Shown here: positions 1-9,956 of the stretch, one piece after another | Position numbering within the stretch: the first letter of the stretch is position 1 | Layout: each line of letters opens with the position of its first letter | IMG/VR virus record: IMGVR_UViG_3300030104_003613 | Length of the DNA stretch: 64,000 nucleotides | Reading direction: 5' to 3' (one strand) | Origin: a virus | The notes under the pieces: model-generated | Databases searched by the model: none | What the model was told of the DNA's origin: nothing | Seen by the model: the letters and a program-made list of their open reading frames with translations, nothing else | Program-made: the position numbers and the translations under genes

Positions 1-507
1 GAACTGATCTGACTTATCATCTTTCTCTTCTTGTTCTTCCAGGTTTTCAACTATCTCAGGACCTTGAAGATCTCTCATAGGATCTTTAACGAGAGCACCA
101 GCAGGTTCTACTTCCGCAGTCGTAGTCTCTGCTTTCTCTTGAGCAGTATCAAAGAATGATCCTACATTTATTTTCTTCTTCTTTACCTTAAATCTACCCG
201 TCGCTGACTTGACTCTCCTGAATTCATTCGTCAGGAGTTCAATCTCTTCGGTTGACATCCCAGTGTCAACCATTCTACCTTCTACCATCTTCTCTTTGAG
301 AAGAGTCTTATAGGTAGCGTAGTCAATATCGTTTACATTTTCAAGACCAAGCAGAGCAAGAATTCTTTCATCAATCTCGTCATCTACTAATTCTGTTTCT
401 TGCTTTACCTCTTTAGGAATAACAGCAAGCGCAGAGGATTGTTGGGACTTTCCTTCGCCCCTGATACTGTTAAGTAGATCTTCTAAACCCTCTGGAATTT
501 CATCCAT
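1..507 (-). CDS. N-terminal part of a probable virion/baseplate protein (runs off the window edge)
   Basis: Manual translation from ATG at 507 (MDEIPEGLEDLLNSIRGEG...), open to position 1; follows gp26-gp51 in the baseplate block. Confidence 0.6.
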   Translation of the reverse strand, partial: MDEIPEGLEDLLNSIRGEGKSQQSSALAVIPKEVKQETELVDDEIDERILALLGLENVNDIDYATYKTLLKEKMVEGRMVDTGMSTEEIELLTNEFRRVKSATGRFKVKKKKINVGSFFDTAQEKAETTTAEVEPAGALVKDPMRDLQGPEIVENLEEQEEKDDKSDQF

Positions 508-679
508 TCGCTCTCGCCTTTGCTTTTTCGTTTTCTTCGTCTAGATGATTCTTTAGCAGTTGAACATAGATGTCTCTTTCCCAAGGCATCATGTTCTCAA
601 TCTCAGTTAATGAATATTTATGGTACTGCATCAAGGAGAAATTTAGTTTATAATATCCCTCCAGATCCATATGAACCAT
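500..679 (-). CDS. gp51: baseplate hub assembly catalyst gp51
   Basis: Manual translation MVHMDLEGYYKLNFSLMQYHKYSLTEIENMMPWERDIYVQLL...; the YSLTEIENMMPWER motif is typical of gp51; directly downstream of gp26. Confidence 0.85.
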   Translation of the reverse strand: MVHMDLEGYYKLNFSLMQYHKYSLTEIENMMPWERDIYVQLLKNHLDEENEKAKARANG

Positions 680-681
680 CC

Positions 682-1401
682 CTATGCGAAAAAACTGGAC
701 AATCCCTCCAAGACGACAGTGCTTGATTTCTTGGTCTTGGGATTCTTAACTTTGATTTGATGAGAAAGTTTAGGCATTGTGTTAAAGAACTTCTCAATCT
801 CTTTGAACTGTGACGAATTCATCTGTTCAAGGAACTCTTCAACCTCTTGCTTGCTAAAGTCCTCTGCCGCCCAGACTTCCTCCTCACTAAAGATTTTATC
901 GATACAACTTCCGATAATCTCAAACGATTGATCCATCGTACTTTCATTATTAAAATCAAAGTTATTCTTAATGAACTGATCAAGTGATGGATACTTCATC
1001 TCCATCGACAGGTTATCATCAATCTTAATTTGAGTTGAATGCTCCTCATCAAACTTTACTTCAATCTCATCCAGAGCAATCTTAACAGGAACCTCTGTCT
1101 CTCCATCATCAGGACAGATAATATTAACCTCAACTTCTTCTCCAACCGATTTGCCACGAATATTGAGAAATAAGAATTCAATATCAAAAGTAGGAAGGTT
1201 CTCTACTTTTACATTCTTCGTGAGAATACAACCTTTAATAACTTGAGTGATTGCTGTTGTAATCTGTGTTGAATCTTCCGTCTCTAGGGCAAGGACAAGT
1301 AGTTTCTCTTCCTTAACAAGGAAAGGTCTAAACTTAATCTTCTGTTTAGTGGAAGGCAGTTCCAACTCATAAGTTGGAGTAGCAATCTTTGGTAAGGGCA
1401 T
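682..1401 (-). CDS. gp26: baseplate hub subunit gp26
   Basis: MPLPKIATPTYELELPS...FRPFLVKEEK...FLNIRGKSVGE motifs. Confidence 0.9.
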   Translation of the reverse strand: MPLPKIATPTYELELPSTKQKIKFRPFLVKEEKLLVLALETEDSTQITTAITQVIKGCILTKNVKVENLPTFDIEFLFLNIRGKSVGEEVEVNIICPDDGETEVPVKIALDEIEVKFDEEHSTQIKIDDNLSMEMKYPSLDQFIKNNFDFNNESTMDQSFEIIGSCIDKIFSEEEVWAAEDFSKQEVEEFLEQMNSSQFKEIEKFFNTMPKLSHQIKVKNPKTKKSSTVVLEGLSSFFA

Positions 1402-1434
1402 AACAACCTATAAAAACTTCAGTCACTGTATTTA

Positions 1435-2295
1435 TTAGGCGAATCCAGACAATGCTCCTGAATTATCATTAGCACCAGTTCCAAGATCTACGTTCCTATT
1501 AAGAAAGAAATCTCCAAAACGATCTGCTGTATCCCTTGCGAATGGATTACGATTGACCTCTTCTTCTAACTCGGCAGCGATCCTATTATTATCCTGCCTC
1601 AAATAGTCAGCAGGATTAGATGATTTAGCATTTGAATTGTAAGTGTACCTGTCAGTTCTAGACTGACTTCTTTGTCCAACGAGATTGCGTTTTACATATC
1701 TAGTGTAGAAGAAACTGACCGTCACTTTAAGTATGTCTGCTTGGCCATAAGTGACAGGAATGGCGTTGATACTTTGAGGGAAAGAATCAATGAAACAATA
1801 TTCTATTGCTTGATCTTGAATATCTTTTTCAAACTTTGTGACATACATCGGAGACATATATCCAGTAGAACCCTTGGGATAATTTGCTCTGTGAACTTGA
1901 TTGGAGTTGTAATATTGACTTTTATTATATAAAGATCCTTGTCCTACAATGTAGTTCTGCCATTCATCAAAGTATGAAATAATATTATACTTCTTATCAA
2001 CATAAAATTCTAATGACAAACTCTCATCATGCTGTCTTGAATAAGCATATCTTGTTCTGACGCCGTAAAAGTCTTGAACATTTTCATGAGTTGCTAACGC
2101 AGAACCTGGAAGGGACGCTGAAAAGCATAACAACTCAATCTGTTCATTATATCTAATGCCTGTTTGGGTAGCAACAAATGCCAACACAGACGGTGGTGCC
2201 TGTACCTTGACCTGATATACGTTTGTCCTTGCCAGATGACCGATCTTCGCTACTAGGTCAGAGGTCTTCTGAACATTGGGTCTTGTACCAGCCAT
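1435..2295 (-). CDS. tail tube initiator-like protein (gp54/gp19 family)
   Basis: LARTNVYQV, CFSASLPG, FDEWQNYI and FPQSINAIPVTYG resemble the gp19/gp54 fold; baseplate context. Confidence 0.65.
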   Translation of the reverse strand: MAGTRPNVQKTSDLVAKIGHLARTNVYQVKVQAPPSVLAFVATQTGIRYNEQIELLCFSASLPGSALATHENVQDFYGVRTRYAYSRQHDESLSLEFYVDKKYNIISYFDEWQNYIVGQGSLYNKSQYYNSNQVHRANYPKGSTGYMSPMYVTKFEKDIQDQAIEYCFIDSFPQSINAIPVTYGQADILKVTVSFFYTRYVKRNLVGQRSQSRTDRYTYNSNAKSSNPADYLRQDNNRIAAELEEEVNRNPFARDTADRFGDFFLNRNVDLGTGANDNSGALSGFA

Positions 2296-2296
2296 C

Positions 2297-2304
2297 TATA
2301 AATA
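2297..2304 (+). promoter_or_regulatory. T4-type late promoter TATAAATA
   Basis: Exact TATAAATA just upstream of gp4. Confidence 0.75.
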
Positions 2305-2326
2305 GGCGTGATTAGTTATACTATAT

Positions 2327-2830
2327 ATGGGCGAAAGTATAAAGTCTATTTACAAACCGTCCAACCCTGAAAAATATCAAGGCAATGCCTCTAATATCAT
2401 CTGTAGAAGTTCTTGGGAAAGACGTTTCTGCGCCTGGTGTGATAATAATCCTAACATATTAAAGTGGGCATCAGAAGAGTTTAGCATACCATATGTTTCT
2501 CCCAAAGATAATAGAGTTCATCGTTACTATCCAGACTATTTGATTGAAGTGAGAGAGACTGGTGGTAAAATTAAAAAGTATATAGTGGAAGTGAAACCAA
2601 AAAAACAGACACAACCACCAAAGAAAGGTGATCGTGTTACCAAGTCATATGTTTATGAGTCTGTCACCTATGCTGTCAACCAAGCAAAGTGGGAGGCCGC
2701 TAAAGATTTTGCCCTTGATAATGGTGTGGAGTTTAAAATTATCACCGAAGACGAACTAGGTATCAAACCTTATGGAACAAGAGGATTATCTGGTAAGCGA
2801 TACAAATCGAGTAGAAAATCTAGTAGATGA
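2327..2830 (+). CDS. gp4: head completion nuclease gp4
   Basis: YKPSNPEKYQG...RSSWERRF...WASEE...YYPD...EVKP motifs. Confidence 0.9.
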   Translation: MGESIKSIYKPSNPEKYQGNASNIICRSSWERRFCAWCDNNPNILKWASEEFSIPYVSPKDNRVHRYYPDYLIEVRETGGKIKKYIVEVKPKKQTQPPKKGDRVTKSYVYESVTYAVNQAKWEAAKDFALDNGVEFKIITEDELGIKPYGTRGLSGKRYKSSRKSSR

Positions 2831-3149
2831 TATCATCGCAAAAGGACAACCTGATGATATGTTCCTGGAGTTGATGAGTATCTTAGAGACCACAGAACTC
2901 TTACCACAAGTTGGAAGATACTACACCTTCATTTACCAACCCAAGACACCTGAATTAAGATATGATCAGTTCCCTTTGATTGCTTGTATCGGTGTTTACC
3001 CATGGGGGTTCAAAGGAATCAACTATCATTGGGGTGATTATAGGAACTATACTTGGGATGAAGTTGGTAACAATGATTTACATCTTGTATATCCCATGGA
3101 ATTAGAAGACATGAGATCAATTCCATATCAACAATTCAATTATACCTGA
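2772..3149 (+). CDS. gp2: DNA end protector gp2-like protein
   Basis: GRYYTFIYQPKT...YDQFPLI...GFKGINYH motif; adjacent to gp4. Confidence 0.75.
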   Translation: MEQEDYLVSDTNRVENLVDDIIAKGQPDDMFLELMSILETTELLPQVGRYYTFIYQPKTPELRYDQFPLIACIGVYPWGFKGINYHWGDYRNYTWDEVGNNDLHLVYPMELEDMRSIPYQQFNYT

Positions 3150-3170
3150 TAAATAAAAGTAAAAGTTTTC

Positions 3171-4625
3171 ATGGCACGTTCCAGCACAGAAAGATATCTG
3201 GATACTGACTTCCCTAATCTCTCTACAAAGGAGAATGATGGCAGAAAGGGAAATGGAAACGTGCGTGTAAAGTCAGATAAAGAAACTGGAAATTACGAAG
3301 TAAAACAGAAAACTGATGCTGGTGAGACTACCATCTACACATATGATGCGCCAACCAATAAGTTTAATATATCAGATTCATCTTTATATTCCAAGTTCTT
3401 CACGGGACAAGAAGGCAATGATCAAAAAGTAAGACTAGATACTCAAGTCAAAGGAGCAACAGTAGACGCAGCACTAAAAGATATACCAAATAGTGCCCTT
3501 GGTGGAACTGATGAGTTAGAGATTTCTTTTGATAAAATGTTAGATCAAGATGGTTATCTTGGTTTCAGCAATACCCTAGACCTTGGGTTTGGTTTCTCGC
3601 CAGAGGATTTTGAATCTACTTTTGGTTCTGAACCAGGAGATTGGACAAAAAACATAGATCCAAACTTCCTTTCATTTGATACTAGTATTAATCTTTTTGA
3701 TGATCTAGACATTAAATCTTCTTTCAGTGGATCAGATCCCAATAAAACAGCAAGAGCGATATCTTTCCAAACAGGAAAAACATTTGTTTACCCTGAAACA
3801 ATGCCCGACATTGGGTATGACTTTATTAAATTTACTTCCTATAAGTATGTGCCAGCAGGTCTACAAGTTATAGGAAAGTCAAGTGCTGCTGAAAGAATAT
3901 TTAAAGATAAGATTACAGAGATCATGTTGCCCATGCTGCCCAACATAAGTGAGTCGAATAGTGTTGATTGGGGTGGTGATAAAGCAAATGCTCTTCAATT
4001 GATGCTTGGAAATAGAGCGATGCAGGCGATTGAAAGTATTGGAAATTTGAGTGTGGAACAATTTATGCAGGCTATTGGAGGAACAATTGAAGACTTCAAG
4101 AATCTTGCTAAAGATCCAAGCGTAGGTCCAGCAATCGCTGCTTACTTCGCTGGTCAAGCAGTTGGTGCTAACGTCTTCACCAGAGCAACTGGCACTGTCT
4201 TGAATCCAAACCTTGAACTCCTGTTCAATGGTCCTACATTAAGAACATTCAACTTTAACTTCCGTCTCACACCAAGAACCAGAACTGAATCTGTTGTTGT
4301 TAAAAACATTATCAAATCTTTCAAGAGAAATATGGCAGCACAGAGATCAGAGAGTGATCTCTTCTTGCTAACTCCCAACGTCTATAAGATTGAATACATC
4401 TATGGTGGTCTGACTCCACCAAGTATACCAGGACCACACCCATATATGAATAAGATTAAACCATGTGCGTTAAGAAACTTCAATGTTAACTATGGTCCTG
4501 ATGGTGCTTACATGACGTACCCTGATGGTTCAATGACTTGTTATGAGATTCAATTACAGTTCGGTGAACTGGAACCAATCTATGCTGATGAAATCAAACA
4601 AGAAGACGACAACATGAGTTACTAA
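3171..4625 (+). CDS. gp48: baseplate tail tube cap gp48
   Basis: NPNLELLFNGPTLRTFNFNFRLTPR and C-terminal LQFGELEPI motifs. Confidence 0.85.
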   Translation: MARSSTERYLDTDFPNLSTKENDGRKGNGNVRVKSDKETGNYEVKQKTDAGETTIYTYDAPTNKFNISDSSLYSKFFTGQEGNDQKVRLDTQVKGATVDAALKDIPNSALGGTDELEISFDKMLDQDGYLGFSNTLDLGFGFSPEDFESTFGSEPGDWTKNIDPNFLSFDTSINLFDDLDIKSSFSGSDPNKTARAISFQTGKTFVYPETMPDIGYDFIKFTSYKYVPAGLQVIGKSSAAERIFKDKITEIMLPMLPNISESNSVDWGGDKANALQLMLGNRAMQAIESIGNLSVEQFMQAIGGTIEDFKNLAKDPSVGPAIAAYFAGQAVGANVFTRATGTVLNPNLELLFNGPTLRTFNFNFRLTPRTRTESVVVKNIIKSFKRNMAAQRSESDLFLLTPNVYKIEYIYGGLTPPSIPGPHPYMNKIKPCALRNFNVNYGPDGAYMTYPDGSMTCYEIQLQFGELEPIYADEIKQEDDNMSY

Positions 4626-4626
4626 A

Positions 4627-5289
4627 ATGGCAACACCTTTCTTCCAATACGTTCCAGAATTTGAATATGTTAGCAGACTTCCAGGTGCTTCTCTGGGAGA
4701 TTACATCACTGTTAAAAATATATTCAGAAGGTCAAAAATTAATCCAGACATCTTTAATGATCTGACTAACTTTACCAAGTATAAAATCATTGGTGATGAG
4801 AGACCAGATCAGGTTGCTTTTAAGATTTATGGTAGTCAATATTATGATTGGGTTGTTATGTTATCAAATAATATTATGAATCCCATTGTAGAATGGCCGA
4901 TGTCCCAGCAGGCATTCTCCAACTACATGATACAGAAGTATGGTAGTGAGGGCAACTTCAATGCTGTACATCATTACGAGACTAAACAGTTAAAAGATAC
5001 TGCCGGTAGAACAATGCTGCCAGCAGGACTAACAGTTCCATCTGACTTTACTTTCCAATACTTTGACACAGGAACAGTTGTTGCCAAGAAAGATATTTTA
5101 ACATCGATTTCAAATTATGAATATGAAGAAGATATTCAAAGACAGAAGAGAAATATATTCTTACTACAACCTCGTTTCCTCAATATTGCTATTGAAAATA
5201 TTACAGACATCATGAAGTACAGGAAGGGAAGCACTCAATATGTCAATGATAGATTGGTAAAAGGAGATAACATTAGAATCTATCAATAA
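4627..5289 (+). CDS. gp53: baseplate wedge subunit gp53
   Basis: GDERPDQVAFKIYG...WVVMLSNNI...WP...HHYET motifs. Confidence 0.9.
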   Translation: MATPFFQYVPEFEYVSRLPGASLGDYITVKNIFRRSKINPDIFNDLTNFTKYKIIGDERPDQVAFKIYGSQYYDWVVMLSNNIMNPIVEWPMSQQAFSNYMIQKYGSEGNFNAVHHYETKQLKDTAGRTMLPAGLTVPSDFTFQYFDTGTVVAKKDILTSISNYEYEEDIQRQKRNIFLLQPRFLNIAIENITDIMKYRKGSTQYVNDRLVKGDNIRIYQ

Positions 5290-5313
5290 AAAAGAGGGTG
5301 TTTCCACCCTCTT
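5288..5313 (-). terminator. intrinsic terminator between convergent gp53 and gp32
   Basis: GAGGGTG/CACCCTC stem with a U-tract on the - strand. Confidence 0.75.
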
Positions 5314-5319
5314 GATAAT

Positions 5320-6270
5320 TCAACTGTCAGCGAGTTTCGCAAAGTAACTCATCGGATCGTCATCATCGTCTGTTTTACCAGGTGTGATATCAGGAGAGTT
5401 GAAATCAGCAGTTGTTTTTGAAGCCTGATAGGAGTCTTCAAGTTTACGCATGACTTCTTCTTCACTAACTTTCCGTTGCTCGGTGGCAGCGTAGTTATCA
5501 TACTCAGTCTCCTCTTGTTGAATGCGGTTGGACTTGTTGCCCAGTACATAATCAAGACGCTTCTTCAGATCATCATAGGACTTGAATTGATCTGCGGCGG
5601 TGAAGGCAGCAAGTGAATACTGCTTCTTCCAGATACCTTCAAGGGCATCATCGTCGTCCAGCAGAGGAGAAGGACGGTCGAACTCAGACTTATCATAGTT
5701 CCAGTAACCATCTTTCTTCTGGAGTTTCAGTTTGAAGTTAGCACCCTGCCAGAAATCGAAGGGATTGATAGGAGTTTCATCTTCAAACTCGGGTTGCATG
5801 ACATCCATGACCTTATCGAAGATCTTCTTACCGAACTTGTAGAGGAATACTCCACCCTCGTTTTGAGGATTGGCAGGATCTTTGACAACATAGATGTTGG
5901 CATAGAAAGACAGTTTGCGCTTTTGCTTACGCACAGTATCTTTATCGGCATCATTGCCGCTGTTCCAGAGTTCACGGTTCAGTTCACCGATTGGGTCCTT
6001 GCCACCGATAGTGGTCAGGGAGTTCTCGATATACCACCCACCAGGTCCCTGGAAGGCGTGAGAGAACAGTTTAACCCAAGGGAGGTCTTCACCATCAGGG
6101 GCAGGCAGGAAGCGGATCACAGCGTATCCATTGCCAGACTTATCCATCTCTGGTTTCCAGAGTCGGTCGTCAGAATTGCCGCCTGTGTTATTCATCTTCT
6201 CGACTTCTTTGACCAGTTTGCTGGTCAGAGAGCCCAAAGAGCTTTGTTTCTTGAGGTCTTTAAAAGACAT
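5320..6270 (-). CDS. gp32: single-stranded DNA binding protein gp32
   Basis: DDRLWKP...GNGYAVIRFLP...WYIENSLTTIG motifs and acidic tail; start reassigned to MSFKDLKK, which has a GGAG ribosome binding site. Confidence 0.95.
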   Translation of the reverse strand: MSFKDLKKQSSLGSLTSKLVKEVEKMNNTGGNSDDRLWKPEMDKSGNGYAVIRFLPAPDGEDLPWVKLFSHAFQGPGGWYIENSLTTIGGKDPIGELNRELWNSGNDADKDTVRKQKRKLSFYANIYVVKDPANPQNEGGVFLYKFGKKIFDKVMDVMQPEFEDETPINPFDFWQGANFKLKLQKKDGYWNYDKSEFDRPSPLLDDDDALEGIWKKQYSLAAFTAADQFKSYDDLKKRLDYVLGNKSNRIQQEETEYDNYAATEQRKVSEEEVMRKLEDSYQASKTTADFNSPDITPGKTDDDDDPMSYFAKLADS

Positions 6271-6348
6271 TTGGTATACTCCGTATTGGTTGTATTTGGC
6301 TTGTGTCCCGTTGCTTTCATGAGGATTGGGTAGCCTCTTAAACCAAGA

Positions 6349-6377
6349 ACTGTAGGTTCTTTTCAAAGGTTTGTCAA
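6349..6377 (-). promoter_or_regulatory. sigma70-like promoter for gp32
   Basis: TTGACA-17 nt-TACAGT. Confidence 0.7.
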
Positions 6378-6709
6378 GTAGACTCATTTATATGTTTTTT
6401 CATGTTTTCAATTATGTTTGACATATTAGAAAACACATAACCAAGATCCACATCAGGGGGGAATCCCAGTTGTCTGGCAGAGGCAATAATATTATCCCTC
6501 ATCGCTTTTGCTTCAGGATCATCTGACAGGCTCAACCTAGTATAAAGGACTTTTTGCTTAGATAGCAACTCTTCCATTAGTTCAACGTGTTCTAGTTTAT
6601 CAGCATTGTCCATAGAGGAGAATGAAAATACTGTCTCATAGATCTTGTCCTGAAGATCAGAGATGTCTTTCATTTCCTGTTGAACAAAGTCGGACTTAAA
6701 GAAACTCAT
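6374..6709 (-). CDS. conserved cyanophage hypothetical protein (DUF1825-like)
   Basis: MSFFKSDFVQQE...RLSLSDDPEAK; lies between gp59 and gp32. Confidence 0.7.
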   Translation of the reverse strand: MSFFKSDFVQQEMKDISDLQDKIYETVFSFSSMDNADKLEHVELMEELLSKQKVLYTRLSLSDDPEAKAMRDNIIASARQLGFPPDVDLGYVFSNMSNIIENMKKHINEST

Positions 6710-7317
6710 ACCCCCTCGTAAATAATCTCCTTCAAGATTTTCTTATACTTAAACACATCTATATGTATAAAGGTATCGTACTTGCTAATTCGCATAGAAA
6801 GAAACCTCCATACAGGGTCGTCTAACCTTTTATCAAAGTCAGATTTGAAGCCGATAATCTTATTCAAGATTACCATTGTCTCAAGAGACAAACTCTTATT
6901 GAGATGTTCCTTGATCACGGAGGGGTGCCTGGTCCCCTCAATCTTAAACATAGCATCGAATCCCTGACCTGTAAAGACCTCCTCGACTTCTGTCTTAAAA
7001 GTATAGGTCAGTGACTGTAGACGACGCTTCCAGTCGATATAGTTTTGTTCTCCATTTCGGACGATCTCTCCAATCCAAAGAGACTGTGGATCGTCACAAG
7101 AAACAAAGTTACTGACAAAAAACTCTACCACTTCCGAATCATCTTTCTGCCTGCTCAGTTTTTCAAAAAAGAATCTGTCTTTACGTTTGTAAAAACTTTG
7201 AATTGAAGCACGGGACTTACCACAGTATCTGTGGTAATCATACTTGTCTTTAGTAAAATGGTTTTTAAGTCCAAGATAGGACTTGTAGGCATCAAAAGGC
7301 GTCACCTTTGGTATCAT
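6706..7317 (-). CDS. gp59: helicase loader gp59
   Basis: YLGLKNHF...YDYHRY...FYKRKDRFFFEKL motif. Confidence 0.9.
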   Translation of the reverse strand: MIPKVTPFDAYKSYLGLKNHFTKDKYDYHRYCGKSRASIQSFYKRKDRFFFEKLSRQKDDSEVVEFFVSNFVSCDDPQSLWIGEIVRNGEQNYIDWKRRLQSLTYTFKTEVEEVFTGQGFDAMFKIEGTRHPSVIKEHLNKSLSLETMVILNKIIGFKSDFDKRLDDPVWRFLSMRISKYDTFIHIDVFKYKKILKEIIYEGV

Positions 7318-7335
7318 TCTCTAGAGGTCGTCTGC

Positions 7336-7608
7336 TCACAAAGGTAGTTTAGCATGAGATGTTCGCTTAAGCAAGTTAAGTTCCATCGCTTCACATTTAA
7401 TTTTCTCCTTGAGTGGTTTAGAAATCAACTTTGGAATTGATTCTACATCAAGGTTATTCTTCTCACAGAAGTGAACGATAGCATCGATATACTTCATGCC
7501 TTTGTTGTCATGAGCGATTGCTTCAATCTCTTCAGCGAATCTACGAGAGCAATAAAACTTTGTCTCCAACAGATTAGTGATTGTTTCTTCTTCAGGACTC
7601 TTTGCCAT
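7336..7608 (-). CDS. gp33: late transcription coactivator gp33
   Basis: YIDAIVHFCEKNNLDVESIPKLISKPLKEKI motif; start reassigned to MAKSPEE. Confidence 0.85.
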   Translation of the reverse strand: MAKSPEEETITNLLETKFYCSRRFAEEIEAIAHDNKGMKYIDAIVHFCEKNNLDVESIPKLISKPLKEKIKCEAMELNLLKRTSHAKLPL

Positions 7609-8281
7609 ATTCCTGTAATTTGAATTCAACAAACTCTCTAATATATTTGGAGAGAAGGTTGATGTACTTTCGTTTGTCATACTCTTCATAAACTTTTACC
7701 TCACCATCTTCACACGACATGATGATGACAAATTTCTTTACCATTATACCAGTCATCTCGTATAACATGCAAGCATATGCGGCACACTGTACAAAATGAC
7801 TATCAATCCAAGCGCGTGGTTTGGGTTTCTTTGCTGTCTTGAAATCAATGACAGCAAGTTCAGGTTCACCTGACTCACCAGTGTACTCGGCAATACAGTC
7901 AACACTACCAGCAACACCTAGTTCATAACTAAACAGAGATTGCTCTTGTGCGTGAATATTATCAATCTTATTCAAGGTAGGTTTTGCCTGCTTGAATAAC
8001 ATCTCTGATAAGGGTTGAACCTGTGGAATTTTAAGGTTCTTCAAATAATATTCAGTGCAGGTATGCATGTCAGTGCCCCTGCTAGTTGCTTGTTTGGTAA
8101 TTTTGTTCGCTTCATCGTTACCAACTCTTGCTCTCCATTCTCTGAAGACCTCACGTTGATAGTGACTGATGATAGATGTGATAGAAACTAACTTCTTACC
8201 ATTAGGAGTATCATAGTAACGAACACCACCAATTGTCTCTCGGGATAGAGACGGATAATCTACTTCAATTTGTGTAAACAT
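7592..8281 (-). CDS. PD-(D/E)XK exonuclease
   Basis: SITSII, RGTDMH, AGSVDCIAE, IDFKT and QCAAYA motifs. Confidence 0.85.
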   Translation of the reverse strand: MFTQIEVDYPSLSRETIGGVRYYDTPNGKKLVSITSIISHYQREVFREWRARVGNDEANKITKQATSRGTDMHTCTEYYLKNLKIPQVQPLSEMLFKQAKPTLNKIDNIHAQEQSLFSYELGVAGSVDCIAEYTGESGEPELAVIDFKTAKKPKPRAWIDSHFVQCAAYACMLYEMTGIMVKKFVIIMSCEDGEVKVYEEYDKRKYINLLSKYIREFVEFKLQEYGKES

Positions 8282-9042
8282 TACATACCAAGTTCAAGTT
8301 TAGCAATTATGTACTCTTTTACGAGTCCACTTCTACAAATGTCTTCCGCTTCAAACTCTATTAGATCAAATGATGGCATGTTCTTAAGAATGCGAATGAA
8401 GTCTACGATTCCATTCTTCTCAGCGGTCTTTACAAGGTCAGTCTGTGTAGCATCACCACAGAAATGAATCTTGCTGCCCTCACCAACACGGGTAATCATT
8501 GAGTCCAGTTCGTGGAAGTTTAAATTCTGGAACTCATCAACGATAACGATAACATTATCAAGAGTAGTGCCTCTAATGAATGAGGTAGACCAAAAACTAA
8601 TTGTACCTTGTGCTTTGAGGTTAGCATAAAGCATTTCAAACGCATTGTCATCTGGCATCTCGAACATATACTTTACCATATTTTTATATGGAATCTGGTA
8701 AAGCGAGGACTTATCTTCATGATCACCAGGGAGAAAACCAATCTCTCTGGTGGGTACAAGCGATCTGACGATGTAGATCTTCTCGTAAGGTGTCTTGGGG
8801 TCCAAGACATCTAGGATGGCATTGTAGAGGGTAATAAAGGTCTTACCTGTGCCAGCACAACCATAAGCAACAAGGTTCTTATCCTTTTTATACTCTTCAA
8901 AGAACTTCTCTTGATTGTCAGTGAGAGGTTCAATCTTCCTGATGTAATCAAGATTGATTGGTTTCTTTCTCTTCATAGTGCGATTGCTAGTACCAAAGGG
9001 GACTGGGTTCTCTTTCTTCTTCTTAACTGGCATATGTGTCAA
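8281..9042 (-). CDS. phoH: PhoH-family ATPase
   Basis: GCAGTGKT P-loop, IGFLPG, FIRGTT, DEFQN and GDATQTD motifs. Confidence 0.95.
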   Translation of the reverse strand: MTHMPVKKKKENPVPFGTSNRTMKRKKPINLDYIRKIEPLTDNQEKFFEEYKKDKNLVAYGCAGTGKTFITLYNAILDVLDPKTPYEKIYIVRSLVPTREIGFLPGDHEDKSSLYQIPYKNMVKYMFEMPDDNAFEMLYANLKAQGTISFWSTSFIRGTTLDNVIVIVDEFQNLNFHELDSMITRVGEGSKIHFCGDATQTDLVKTAEKNGIVDFIRILKNMPSFDLIEFEAEDICRSGLVKEYIIAKLELGM

Positions 9043-9290
9043 TCGTAGTGCTTCAACGTTGAACCTGGTTGTTTCTGTGCCTTACCGATAACGTCCTTCC
9101 AACCTGGATGTTTGGTATAGATTTTAGAGAAAGGTTCACCCATTTCAATGCCCATTTTAGGAGCATTGTCAGGGGTATAGAATCTTTCCCAATCGGGGTT
9201 GTCATCTCTCCATTGATCCCAGTCATGAATACTCATCACAACTTCTTTGGTTTCACCAGTTTCCTTATGTTTGACAGGGTATGTTGCCAT
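9039..9290 (-). CDS. conserved hypothetical protein
   Basis: ORF coupled to phoH by an ATGA overlap; MATYPV...GWKDV pattern. Confidence 0.7.
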   Translation of the reverse strand: MATYPVKHKETGETKEVVMSIHDWDQWRDDNPDWERFYTPDNAPKMGIEMGEPFSKIYTKHPGWKDVIGKAQKQPGSTLKHYD

Positions 9291-9317
9291 ACTTCACCTC
9301 AAGTGTATGTATATTTA

Positions 9318-9956
9318 TTAAGACCAGTCAAGAGCACCGGCAATAGTAGGAAACTGCTCCGCAAAGATCTTCTTACAACCTTCAGCAATATCCATATGTT
9401 CTTTTTGTGTTCCATGTGCGGAACGCAATTCTATGTAATGGATCCACGAACGAACAGAGCCGCTCATGTATAATTTTGTCCCTACGGCGAGGGGAAGCAC
9501 CATTCTAGCACACTCCTTTGCCACACCAATTTCAAGCATCTGCTGATACAGTGCCATAGAAGAATCAAATAGAGTCTGCATTTGCATCTCTAGTTTCTGT
9601 CTAATAAAGGGATCAAGATCATCAGTGGAGTTCTGACGATTCTTGATGTCTTGACGACGTAGTTCAGGTAGAGAAATCTTATTGCTAAGAAGAGATGAAT
9701 CTGCGTAGCGTTGAGAAAACTCTTGGAATGTAAATGATCTGTGACGAAGCACTTGAGCTGCGATTGCTCTGGAAGTTTCTATCTCCAATGTCATAAATGA
9801 CTGTTCAAAGATACTCCAGTGCTGATGCTTAATACAATACTTAATTAGACCATCAAAGGAATCATTTCCCTGGTTAGAGGGATTACTGACGCGAGCACAG
9901 TAAGCGATATGCTTTTCGGCATCGGGTGATACCGTTACAAGTTCTACATTACTCAT
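9318..9956 (-). CDS. thyX: flavin-dependent thymidylate synthase ThyX
   Basis: RHRSFTFQEFSQRY ThyX motif. Confidence 0.95.
   Translation of the reverse strand: MSNVELVTVSPDAEKHIAYCARVSNPSNQGNDSFDGLIKYCIKHQHWSIFEQSFMTLEIETSRAIAAQVLRHRSFTFQEFSQRYADSSLLSNKISLPELRRQDIKNRQNSTDDLDPFIRQKLEMQMQTLFDSSMALYQQMLEIGVAKECARMVLPLAVGTKLYMSGSVRSWIHYIELRSAHGTQKEHMDIAEGCKKIFAEQFPTIAGALDWS

Noticed and set aside
6271-6387. 38-aa N-terminal extension of gp32 in the ORF track
   Set aside because: The region contains the promoter and leader; the ribosome binding site and typical N-terminus fit a start at 6270
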